From: Thalia democratica
Taxonomy: Eukaryota
Reading direction: 5' to 3'
Length of the DNA stretch: 64,000 nucleotides
NCBI GenBank assembly: GCA_965202585.1
Contig: OZ241829.1
Coordinates: 6,634,001 to 6,698,000 of the forward strand
The notes beneath the pieces were generated by a model. The model searched no databases and was not told where the DNA came from. It saw nothing but the letters and a program-made list of their open reading frames with translations. The position numbers and the translations under genes were made by a program. This document shows, in pieces, positions 56,901-64,000 of this stretch. Position 1 is the first letter of the stretch. The number at the start of each line of letters is the position of its first letter.

Positions 56901-59900
56901 TATTTATCTTATAAAACCATGATTTATGAGGTTTTCACCACATTTCAAAAAACATATATGGGCGACGGTATAAATTTTAATGGTTTTTACTTCCTGTCTA
57001 CTTTGAAAAAAAGGAAGTTTTTTTTTAAGTATTAATAAGCGTAATTTGTTCAAAAATTATATTCAAAATAATATTTTACATAATACACGTTAAAGTAGTT
57101 TTAAAGAAGAACCAAAGTAATTTCTTAAAAGTGTTACAAACAATCAATTGCTTTTAAAAGTGTAGATTTAAATAAAGAGCTGGAGTACTTTATGAATGAA
57201 ACAAAAGTATACGTTAAACGTACACTTTAATTTTGTTTATATTTGTGACTTGTATGTTGTCAACTACTTAGCAACTTACCAATTATAAATAAAATAAATT
57301 ACCATTCATAAAAAGGTGAACGGTGATTATTCAGCACATGTGCAGCAAAACCAAAAAAGAGTTACTACTATTAACAAGTCAAAATAATGCTAACAAACTA
57401 ATCAAACTTAAAAAAACAACACCAGTACTTTTATTAGAAAATTCAAAAGGGACAAGGTTTAAAAATATATTTCAACCCGTGTCCATTTATTTCAAACATA
57501 AAGTTGTACAAACAAACTAGTCTGAAAACTCACGAATACATAACAACTAACTGGTCTGAAAAGGGTAGGCTTCAGACACGTTGCCAAGCAACTCTCTGAT
57601 GGACTGTATCTTCACGGCGTAGTGGGTTCCGGGGGTCAGTCCTATTTCCTGATGCTGCGCCAACTGGACCACCAGGACCGACGTCTCCGACGGACGCGAT
57701 AACTCGTACAACTGGAATATAATGAAAATAAATAATAATAAAATACAACTTAAATATCTATAAAACTTTTAACAACTAATCGTATAATTGGAAAGTAGTA
57801 AAAGTGTGTAGTAGTAAGTTGACAAATGTTTCAGACGGCCAAGAAAACTCGTAAAACTGGAAAATATTATTAAAAAAAATTATGAATAAGATTTTCGAAG
57901 AAAAACATTTGAGTAACATTTTTTGTTAACAACCGTATGTTGTATACTGAACAAAATTTGAAAGCGTTTACGACTTTACGGTAGTTTAACTTTAAAATCG
58001 GTAACTGATGTTTTTTAAGGCTTTAAAGTCTAATCGATTTGTTAAATTACTATTGTATCTTTACTATTGTATTGTAATATACTAGCGTATTATTTTTTAT
58101 AGATATCAGCACATTAAAAGCAATTTGGACAATTTTCGGATTTGGCTTAAACAATTGCTTTCTAGCCGTGGCATAAGCAACATTTGACATTTTATTTTTC
58201 TGATACAATTACTCTTTGGCACACGACAGTAGACCGGCTAAGAAATAAATTCCTCACTTAAACCGCAAAGTAAAGGCATTATGACGCTACAAAGTGGAAT
58301 TTAAGCCGCGAATTAATCCTTCTACGTATATGTAACATTTCATCATCCTATATGTATGTATGAATGTGGACCCTAAGGGCTTTTGAATAAGATTATCGTT
58401 CATTTTTGAAACAAAGAACCAATTTACTGGAATAAAGTATTAAATACTAGTTATTGTTTTAGTAAAATCGATTAGAGTGCTTACTTTAAAGTATCATTTT
58501 TTTTTTGAGAGTTCTATTTGAAGTAATTTTACATCGTTCATGCTGTGATTTAAAACTTATATAACTATTGATGAAAATAAATAAATATATTGGCTACTGT
58601 TGCATATTGCGTTTAAATACTACACTATGAGTTACTATAAGTTAACAAAGTTACTTTACACTGAAACATATGTTAATACGTTCTAAATACCTTAGTTTTA
58701 CTTGGCATTTCAATTTGAAATAAGCTAAATTATTCTAAACTGATTGATGCTTACTTTTGTTAAAACTAAGGTTTTATTAGTTATTTCCATCTAAATTTTT
58801 ATCGGTTGTTGCAAAAATGTATAAAATGTTTAAAGTACACAAAAGGCATAAAATATTCCGAACAGAATTATATTTGAAAGTTTACGATAGTTTACTTTAT
58901 TAATCATATAAATGATTGTTCGCAAAACTTTTAAAACATTAAAATGATATTTTGGATTTACCTACATATATAGTAAACTTATGAATGAGACAGTTATTTA
59001 CGTAGCAAATAAATTTTACCTTGGTACATAAAAAACTTCGTGTCCTTAAAAGTAAAATTTTACGTTGTAACATAATTACGACATGTAACATAATTTGGGT
59101 AGACTGAACACAAATTACCTTATTAAGTGAAACATAAAACTTTTAAGAATGTACTCAATAAATAGAATGTCGCAAATTAGACAAATTGTTTGTGGATGTT
59201 TGAACTTTGCCGTTGTTAAAATTTTTAATTAAAGTATTATTTACATACTTTAAAAATATTTAATTAAACTTTATACACATGTTTCAGGTGTAAAATAATT
59301 TTTAATTTGATGACCAAATCGTACATGTTTGTACAAATTACTTTACAAATTTAATAATAGTAGCTGTTTTAAATAACACTTTGATTTATTTGTTGTATTG
59401 CTTTTACGGTACTAGCCAGTACGACTTGTAAATGCGATCAAATTTTTAATTTATTTAAATTTATAAATTACTTCAAAAAGTTAAATTGCATAAGTTTTAT
59501 TTAAAATCAATCTATTTAAGTGCTGTTTTATAATTTCTTTTTACTTTAATAGAATTTTACAAGTATGCGCTGTATACAAGCATGGGAAAATTTTAAGTAC
59601 TTTTGTACATTAAAATTCTTTTATGATCTCCTTTAGATATCGAATTATTCAAATAAACATTTCGTAATTCGCTTAAACACGCAATTATCACACAGGCGTC
59701 ACGTAAAATATGTCTTATCGCGTTTTTATTAAATTTTAAGCGATTTTAAACTTTCATAGAGCGGTGATTAATTCTGCTATATTAGATTTATTAAAATCAA
59801 AGGTTCAATGCAGTATGTGGTAAGATTAGCTTTAAATTAAAAAATCTCTTTTAATGTTAATGTATAAAAAAAAGTTTAGTTTTAGAAAACTAAAAAATAA

Positions 59901-62222
59901 CTTTACTTTTTGCAGATAACGTGAAGAGACTTATAAATTTATTTTACACAATAAAGACAAAGTATGTATTTTGTAATTAACAACATTTGTTTTTATATTA
60001 ACAACATGCATTTAAAAACTTTAACATGTGTTAATACACCATTTACTGCAAATTAAACTACGTTTTTCACTTTTTTGTGCACTGCTTTCAAAGTTAAAGT
60101 AGTTTACTTATCAAAACATACTAAAAGATAGTCTTTAACTGTTGACTTAAGTAAAATACTTATACAATAAAGATAAAGTATATATTCGAATATTGAAAAA
60201 CACTTTCGTTTATTTATAAAAATAATCTTTTACCTGTAATCTGTAACTGTTGACATCGGAAAAATATTTATACGATGGAGAAGAAAAATATATTTGTGTA
60301 CTTGATAACATTTTCGTTAATTTATATAATCAACTTCTCACCTGCAGTCTGTAACTGTTGACATCTGAAACCCTTCGCCATCTGATCATTACAGAATCGT
60401 TAGTAGCTCTTGTTTTTACTTCTACTGGTGGATGAATATCTGAATTGAAAATAACTGACTAAAATAACGTGCTTTTTAGCTAAATATGGTACGTAATTTG
60501 AAGGAAAGCATATATTTATAGTTTAAGTACTTGTAGTTAAAAATGCTTGTAAGTCATTCTAGATTTTTGCTTGAGTTTGTATAAAGCGACAAGCAATTTT
60601 TTCCGATTTTTTTTAAGGAAAGTTTTGCTACATGTTTACTAAAAACTAAAGTTTGTAAACATGTCGTGATTTGCGTTTGAAAACCAAAAAATTTTACAAA
60701 AGACCGCAAGAGCTTTTTTGAATGTTTCGTCTACAAAACTACAAAAAAAAGTCACAACTAAAAATTAAAAAAAAACCCAAAGCTCTGTTTGCAGCAGAAT
60801 GGAGCTCACACAAGATGCCCATCACTTTATTTTCCGAAAATTTAAAAAAAAAAATATAAACAATATGATTCAACCACTTGCCTCTGCACACGAAAGCCCT
60901 CTCTGCGGCGGTGTGGAGCTCATACGAGATTTCAAATATTTTGTTTTCCAATTCCTCCGCATCCTGGATCGTCATTAGGACCGAGTTGCGTAGCCTCCTT
61001 ACGTGATCCATCTCTTGGATCGCTTCGTTCTGGATTTCGATATCAATATGTTTACCAAAGAGCAATTTGAATGCTTTGTTCTTCGTAGGTTATGCGTTTT
61101 TTTTATTGCTTTATACGTTTTTATTAACATGTGGCTATGTATAAAAGTAGAACAGAGCATCTCACGCTGCCTTTAAAATTAATCTTTTTACGCTAAAATA
61201 TTATGTTTTAAAAGTTGAGCTTTTTAAAAGTGTAGATAGTATAACAGTACAATATTCAAAACTTTCGAATTTTTTTTTATAACAAAGTCACGACACTCAC
61301 CCCAACAGCTATGGCGTGAATGGTCGACGGCCTCGTCCTCAACTCCTGCTCGTAAGCTCTTATGACGTCATTCGAGTCCGATGACGTAAGTACTATGACG
61401 TGCACGCCCGCGCTCGCCCGAGTGCCCGTGACCGGTTTCAGCACCTCATACGTCACTTTGTAGTACGCTGTGTTGAAACAAGTTCAGTTAACTTAATTGA
61501 AAAATGTAGTTTTTATTTGTTCAAAGAATGCAAAGTCTTAGCAGAACTTTGAAGAGATTACGTGTAGGTATTTCATAGGAAAAATTGGTAGAAAATACTT
61601 TTGAAGTAAAAAACTAAAACAATTTTTTAAACCCAAAGTTTATTAGTGCAGTTGTGTTTAAAGTACGTGTAAAACCTTTACTTTTAACATGTACTAAAAT
61701 TTTAGCTATTGTCTTTTGAAATTTTAAACAACTACATCTCAATATTTATATCACCTCTTCCAAGTCTTGATCTCCTTGTTCTCTGCGGAGAGAAGTCAAC
61801 ATTGTTGAGTAACTCGTAAAACTTTTGCTTGTCGTTGTAGTCGTTGAACTTTATTTCCAAATCCGCCTGATTGCTGTACGTCACCACCGACACCTGTTCA
61901 TAGTATTTTATTTTTGTTAATTTGAATGGCGAAGTTTGTGAGTTTAAAATGTAAAAAAAGTATATACCAGTAAAATAATGATTTTTTATTGTAAAGTTGT
62001 AAAGAACTGACAAGCGCAAAGTAAACTAAAAGTTTTGTCGAACAACTGAAAAAAATGCATCATTTTGAACCTGAGTGTCATCCGGCCCGTAGGACGCCAT
62101 GTTCATGTAGTTCCTGATGATCTTCCTGAAACTTTCTCCTGTCCTCTCGTCCACGCTCCGGCTCGTGTCGACCACGAAAACGACGTCCGCGAAACTGAAC
62201 TTCTCGTCAGGGCACAACCGGG
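1064..62222 (-). CDS. Giant multi-exon extracellular protein, partial (>=105 exons, ~6,870 aa in window): vWFA - 16xFN3-like - vWFA - mucin/PTS - ~37xFN3-like; continues past the left edge
   Basis: GC-richer coding islands are flanked by minus-strand AG acceptors and GT donors. Intron phases match at all 104 junctions traced by hand, and the summed exon length is 20,622 nt. Motifs include FN3 L-x-P-G-x-x-Y, vWFA DVVFVVDTSRS and TTQEPTTEAV repeats. No stop, TM helix or enzyme domain was reached, and no orthologue is recognised with confidence. Confidence 0.85.
3156..6787 (-). CDS. FN3-like domains 47-51 (exons 6685-6787, 6131-6312, 5596-5779, 5142-5427, 4774-4909, 4301-4491, 3925-4030, 3507-3679, 3156-3282)
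   Basis: Contains YLVPGEVYSV, DLEFGAVYDV, DVTFNWQRQPGKVDYYVI. Phases are consistent. Confidence 0.8.
7216..9105 (-). CDS. X-Y-Z unit 7 (exons 8830-9105, 8545-8650, 8104-8300, 7769-7908, 7216-7363)
   Basis: FDFGEV...DLVPDKEYVF; FVPTPVAEV; YYWFNLTYGVEYQV. Confidence 0.82.
9447..11542 (-). CDS. X-Y-Z unit 6 (exons 11273-11542, 10930-11029, 10417-10613, 10050-10143, 9447-9643)
   Basis: NLKPGSGYDVII; YPPTPVGEV; KENDGRVEGPWYFVEQV. The Z domain is split by an extra intron. Confidence 0.83.
11758..13178 (-). CDS. X-Y-Z unit 5 (exons 12918-13178, 12676-12775, 12275-12474, 11758-12036)
   Basis: Exon sizes 261/100/200/279; near-identical to unit 4. Confidence 0.87.
13389..14867 (-). CDS. X-Y-Z unit 4 (exons 14607-14867, 14361-14460, 13961-14160, 13389-13667)
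   Basis: Exon sizes 261/100/200/279; NLKPGSFYDVII; YYWTSLRKGESY. Confidence 0.87.
15022..17531 (-). CDS. X-Y-Z unit 3 (exons 17262-17531, 15943-16042, 15497-15696, 15022-15300)
   Basis: Same motifs and exon sizes (270/100/200/279). The X-Y intron is enlarged by a mobile-element remnant. Confidence 0.85.
16081..17050 (+). mobile_element. 5'-truncated, decayed Penelope-like retroelement remnant (GIY-YIG endonuclease C-terminus plus 3' tail), antisense in an intron
   Basis: 16233-16680 reads YPCGKCMLC...NCKNFGIYAAECMECNEYYVGQT...QRWCSHRYN*...AALKLHY...LDF*, a Cys knuckle followed by GIY-YVG with in-frame stops. The host intron is 1,219 nt, against about 140-250 nt in units 2, 4, 5 and 6. Boundaries are approximate. 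Confidence 0.75.
17724..19560 (-). CDS. X-Y-Z unit 2 (exons 19297-19560, 18985-19084, 18424-18629, 17724-18002)
   Basis: GLVPGKDYDV; YPPTPVGEVTTSNV; DGLVLDKFF; YYWQDLRKGESF. Confidence 0.85.
19796..21982 (-). CDS. Three-domain X-Y-Z FN3-like unit 1 (exons 21704-21982, 21468-21570, 20980-21170, 20469-20590, 20046-20122, 19796-19869)
   Basis: X: FNFGTG...GLRPGTKYEV. Y: FPPTPKGRV...FEVAYVING. Z: FYWYNFKKGSRYEISV. Confidence 0.82.
22141..25157 (-). CDS. FN3-like domains 22-25 (exons 24959-25157, 24380-24641, 23982-24120, 23357-23547, 23003-23108, 22476-22645, 22141-22273)
   Basis: Contains SLTPGEIYQV, SLYRGGRYKV, KISVSWVADEGDVDYYVI. Phases are consistent. Confidence 0.78.
25420..28922 (-). CDS. 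FN3-like domains 17-21 (exons 28756-28922, 28488-28602, 28275-28363, 27838-28033, 27383-27534, 27042-27189, 26394-26517, 26191-26278, 26006-26087, 25420-25716)
   Basis: Contains GMKPLKSYEI, FALEWENI, GLESGTTYKV, NLKPATSYTI, NLLPDTSYVI. Phases are consistent; two acceptors are AAG. Confidence 0.78.
26753..27033. repeat. 98-bp intronic tandem repeat, 3 copies
   Basis: aattagaaagtttt.atgaaacaaa.ttttaggca.acataca at 26793, 26891 and 26989, ending just short of the donor at 27037-27041. Confidence 0.9.
29138..33406 (-). CDS. Single 4,269-nt mucin-like Thr/Glu-rich exon (PTS domain)
   Basis: One open frame (matches the ORF track 29112-33167). Acceptor AAACAG| at 33406, donor |GTATTT at 29138. Phase 1-1, length divisible by 3. 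Confidence 0.9.
30590..32680 (-). repeat. Coding 30-bp tandem repeat (TTQEPTTE[A/S]V), roughly 65 units by span
   Basis: Plus strand shows recurring ggttc(t/c)tgagtagt(a/c/t)acag(c/a)ctc(g/a)gt(t/a)gtt, interrupted once by a non-repeat spacer at about 31550-31640. Confidence 0.95.
33584..35000 (-). CDS. vWFA domain 2, degenerate MIDAS (exons 34884-35000, 34353-34540, 34016-34136, 33584-33756)
   Basis: LEC...FLDISFVYHFNKRM...QISFSVYN...GGNRLGQAL...HLIIFIATSPSSDD...LKAMGATITGFGVG...C. Confidence 0.8.
35511..35532 (-). CDS. 22-nt micro-exon linker (D)LLEVLT(P)
   Basis: CTTACAG|ATCTTCTTGAAGTGTTGACGCC|GTAAGT has strong sites and is required to convert phase 1 (35831) to phase 2 (35000). Confidence 0.7.
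35831..49368 (-). CDS. FN3-like domains 9-16, a two-domain (A-B) unit repeated 4 times (exons 49280-49368, 48871-49024, 48330-48427, 46917-47100, 45404-45504, 45000-45153, 44628-44722, 43916-44084, 43267-43370, 42776-42932, 41760-41854, 40227-40398, 39092-39186, 38290-38443, 37170-37264, 36625-36725, 35831-35904)
   Basis: A-type domains read NV(T/S)TxSFxVxPP...L(T/I/V)PGRLYNVSL...AGPxSxRT. B-type domains read PxPV...FxFxxxxGDWDYYxV...V(S/N)G. Exon sizes recur (154/154/157/154 and 98/95/95/95 nt). Confidence 0.85.
35881..36624. repeat. 80-bp tandem array filling an entire intron; each unit contains the acceptor plus the first ~25 nt of exon 35831-35904
   Basis: Units start at 35881, 35961, 36041, 36121, 36201, 36281, 36361 and 36441, with a degenerate continuation to the donor at 36624. 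Confidence 0.95.
42419..42795. repeat. ~122-bp tandem repeat, 3 intronic copies plus the exon end, each with a GT donor
   Basis: ggtgagcacgg occurs at 42433, 42555, 42677 and 42783. Confidence 0.9.
43620..43955. repeat. ~125-131-bp duplication of an exon end plus donor (one near-perfect copy, one degenerate copy)
   Basis: caaacgtttggtgaaaattcccctgaa.ctcgagtagctggacct at 43786 and 43911, with a degenerate copy at 43623. Confidence 0.9.
49700..49774. repeat. Short imperfect inverted repeat with internal ttacgca copies
   Basis: acctctc-n5-tttacgcac ... gtgcgtaaa-n5-gagaggt. Confidence 0.5.
49843..60439 (-). CDS. FN3-like domains 1-8 (exons 60342-60439, 57552-57711, 55805-56000, 55270-55432, 54581-54773, 54125-54288, 53611-53743, 53318-53376, 53114-53185, 52884-53016, 52132-52267, 51570-51724, 51240-51324, 50910-51100, 50503-50590, 49843-50033)
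   Basis: Contains DSVMIRW, GLTPGTHY, NLFPGNEYKFSV, ITAKW, FSWDRVRGATSY, VFPETRYQVEV, IQVTWDPV. All junction phases are compatible. Confidence 0.8.
60876..60884 (-). other. Non-canonical GC-AG 5' splice site
   Basis: AGAG|GCAAGT matches the GC-donor consensus and gives the phase 1 required by exon 60342-60439. No in-phase GT donor is adjacent. Confidence 0.7.
60882..62222 (-). CDS. vWFA domain 1 (exons 62071-62222, 61755-61893, 61301-61467, 60882-61029)
   Basis: LCPDEKFSFADVVFVVDTSRS...QVSVVTYSN...LGRAYYKV...VHVIVLTSSDS...IHAIAVG is the classic vWFA strand/helix order, and the phases are consistent. Confidence 0.85.
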
Positions 62223-62259
62223 CTGTGTACAAGTATGATAATTAAAAATATTACGAAAC

Positions 62260-62284
62260 TATATATATATATATATATATATAT
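62260..62284. repeat. (TA)n microsatellite
   Basis: About 12 TA units. Shorter runs occur near 7177-7195 and 52824-52840. Confidence 0.9.
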
Positions 62285-62645
62285 CATAGTCATACTATAC
62301 GCTGTTTGGTACTTGGTTATGATAACGGTAAATTGAATACAACACAACCGGGCTGCAAGTATAAATTTAACTAAAACACTTTAAAGTCGTACATTAATTA
62401 AACAATTTCAGATTGAGAGTTTTATTCAACACGGTGTTTCATGCAAACGCAATGATCACGATTAAAAACTCCATAAAGTAAGATAGAGAAAGGCATATAT
62501 ACTAAACAACACTAATCAACACTAATTATATTCTTATTACAACTGATTAAATTAAATGAGCTTGCTAACTTCACTTTAAAGTTGTATACACGTCATAGTC
62601 ATACTATGCGCTGTTTGGTATTCGATTATGATAACGGTAAATTAA
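62284..62645. repeat. ~55-bp intronic direct repeat pair
   Basis: tcatagtcatactat.cgctgtttggta.t..gttatgataacggtaaatt at about 62284 and 62593. Confidence 0.8.
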
Positions 62646-62827
62646 GTTGTTAAGTTGCTTTACTTCGCTACAGCTATGAATTGATAAGCCGCGATGCTTA
62701 ATTTTTTTTTCTTTACGAGTTCAATAAAATAAAATCTTAAAGTCATTTTATGTCAGTTATATTAATTTTACGAGTGTAGTAATTACATGTGTAGTTAGCT
62801 ATTGATCTTTATTAATAATACAAATAC

Positions 62828-62936
62828 AAAAAGCTTAACTAATAGCCCTTAAATAGCTGTCTAATGAAACAATAACCAGAACACTTTAGTTGCAAAGCTT
62901 TCGTCAGCTATTTAAGGGCTATTAGTTTAGCTTTTT
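62828..62936. repeat. 32-bp inverted repeat with 45-bp spacer (MITE-like or hairpin)
   Basis: aaaaagcttaactaatagcccttaaatagctg ... cagctatttaagggctattagtttagcttttt, 31/32 complementary. No clear TSD. Confidence 0.75.
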
Positions 62937-63477
62937 TTTATTTGAAAATTTAAGTATAGCTTTGTCTGAAACAATAGTTAATTGGAGTTGTTTTTTGACC
63001 CCGGATTACGGCTTACCTGTTTTCTTGATCTTTATTAATATAATTTATTCGTCTACTGTTAACAAAGAAAAATTTAAAAGTATGTATTGAAATGTTGCTT
63101 TGTTCAATACACAGTACCATTGTACACTTCGTTTTTTAGGTTTACTTAATTAGTTATTGGTAAATTAGGTTTGAAGCATGTTTTTGCTGATTCAATGTAC
63201 AAATATTGCAACAATTAATTCATTTATTAGTTTAAATTTACGTTAGTTTTTTTACCAACAAAATCTTTTTGCATCTTAAAATTTTTTATTACCTTAAAAC
63301 CTAAACTCTTAAACCAATGAGGTTTACCTCAAACAATTATCATAAATTTTAAAATTTGATATCTGAAACATTCCCGTTTAAAGGTTTTCATTTCAAAAAT
63401 TCATAGAAGCGGTTTTCGGTCATTTAAATATCAATTACAAAAGTATTGCAAAATAAATTTAAGAAAACAGCGGTTAC

Positions 63478-63528
63478 GGCTACTGTGTTTCCAGACTGTT
63501 GCGCAAACAGAAAGAGTATCAATAAACA
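63478..63528 (-). CDS. Putative signal-peptide exon (M)CLLILFLFAQQSGNTVA
   Basis: Hydrophobic stretch between AAG| and |GTAACC, in frame with the ATG at 63607-63609 via a 78-nt intron. It ends in phase 0 while exon 62071-62222 starts in phase 1, so a linking exon is unresolved. Confidence 0.4.
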
Positions 63529-63606
63529 CTTTGTACATTGAATACATATTCTGCCTTTTTATTTTGGGCGTGGTGAATTTTAAAGTACTTACTCAAGCAA
63601 ACTTAC

Positions 63607-63657
63607 CATGACTTGAACTTTTTATTTAATGTTTAAACTCATATTTTAATATTTGGT
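63607..63657 (-). other. Putative first coding exon (5'UTR plus ATG only)
   Basis: Minus strand reads TTCTGCAG|ACC...GTCATG|GTAAGT, an acceptor, then an ATG abutting a consensus donor. All three frames upstream of the ATG contain stops. Confidence 0.35.
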
Positions 63658-64000
63658 CTGCAGAATGTTTTAAAATTTCAAAACATACGGATTAAGTTAA
63701 TTAACTTTAAAAAATGTCATAACTTAATAACAATCTAATCATTTCGCTTAAATTTACTTAACCACAAGATTAATTTGTAATTCTTAAAAGGCTTACTTGA
63801 CCAAATCTGTTTAACTAATCGTTTATAAAAGACTTTAAACTTTAATCTATAAATTTTAAAAGATAAAGTTCTTTTATATCCATATTAAATGGCAGTCAGC
63901 TAGTAATATTTTTCATACTAGTTTTAGAAATAATTGTTTATAGTTTTATATGTAGGTAAAAACAGTGTACTAATAAAAACAAAACATAACACGTTTTAAA

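Noticed and set aside
58159-58246. tttct(t)agccg inverted pair in the long intron
   Set aside because: Only 10-11 bp, with no TSD or second copy seen; compatible with chance.
56001-60341. Nested gene or transposon in the two long introns around exon 57552-57711
   Set aside because: Only a low-complexity 65-aa ORF; no recognisable domain, terminal repeat or RNA gene.
1064-62222. Assigning a gene symbol (PTPRB/PTPRJ, COL12A1, TNX, a mucin)
   Set aside because: Only domain-level resemblance. No PTP, collagen, EGF/FReD or TM segment is visible in the window.
1056-62232. Treating the many short ORF-track entries as separate genes or an operon
   Set aside because: Their ends run into AT-rich intron sequence. 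The true coding parts are bounded by splice sites and join in frame.

Overview
This is AT-rich eukaryotic (invertebrate-like) genomic DNA, not prokaryotic; a tunicate/ascidian origin is only my inference from composition and gene structure. Nearly the whole window is one minus-strand intron-rich gene. I traced 105 exons by hand from 62222 down to 1064. Every junction is phase-consistent (104 GT..AG-type donors counting the last exon, plus one GC donor). They total 20,622 coding nt (about 6,870 aa), and the gene is still open at the left edge. Domain order: vWFA, 16 FN3-like domains, vWFA (MIDAS-dead), a 4,269-nt Thr-rich mucin exon, then about 37 more FN3-like domains arranged in nested super-repeats. 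No transmembrane or catalytic domain is visible. The most notable signals are: (i) many exon boundaries are copied, splice site included, into the adjacent intron; (ii) two introns (35905-36624 and 19870-20045) carry the signature of intron gain by tandem duplication of an AG|GT site; (iii) about 50 TGACGTCA palindromes concentrate in and beside the FN3/vWFA exons; (iv) there are gene-conversion-like tracts among the repeats; (v) a decayed Penelope-like GIY-YIG insertion lies in one intron.
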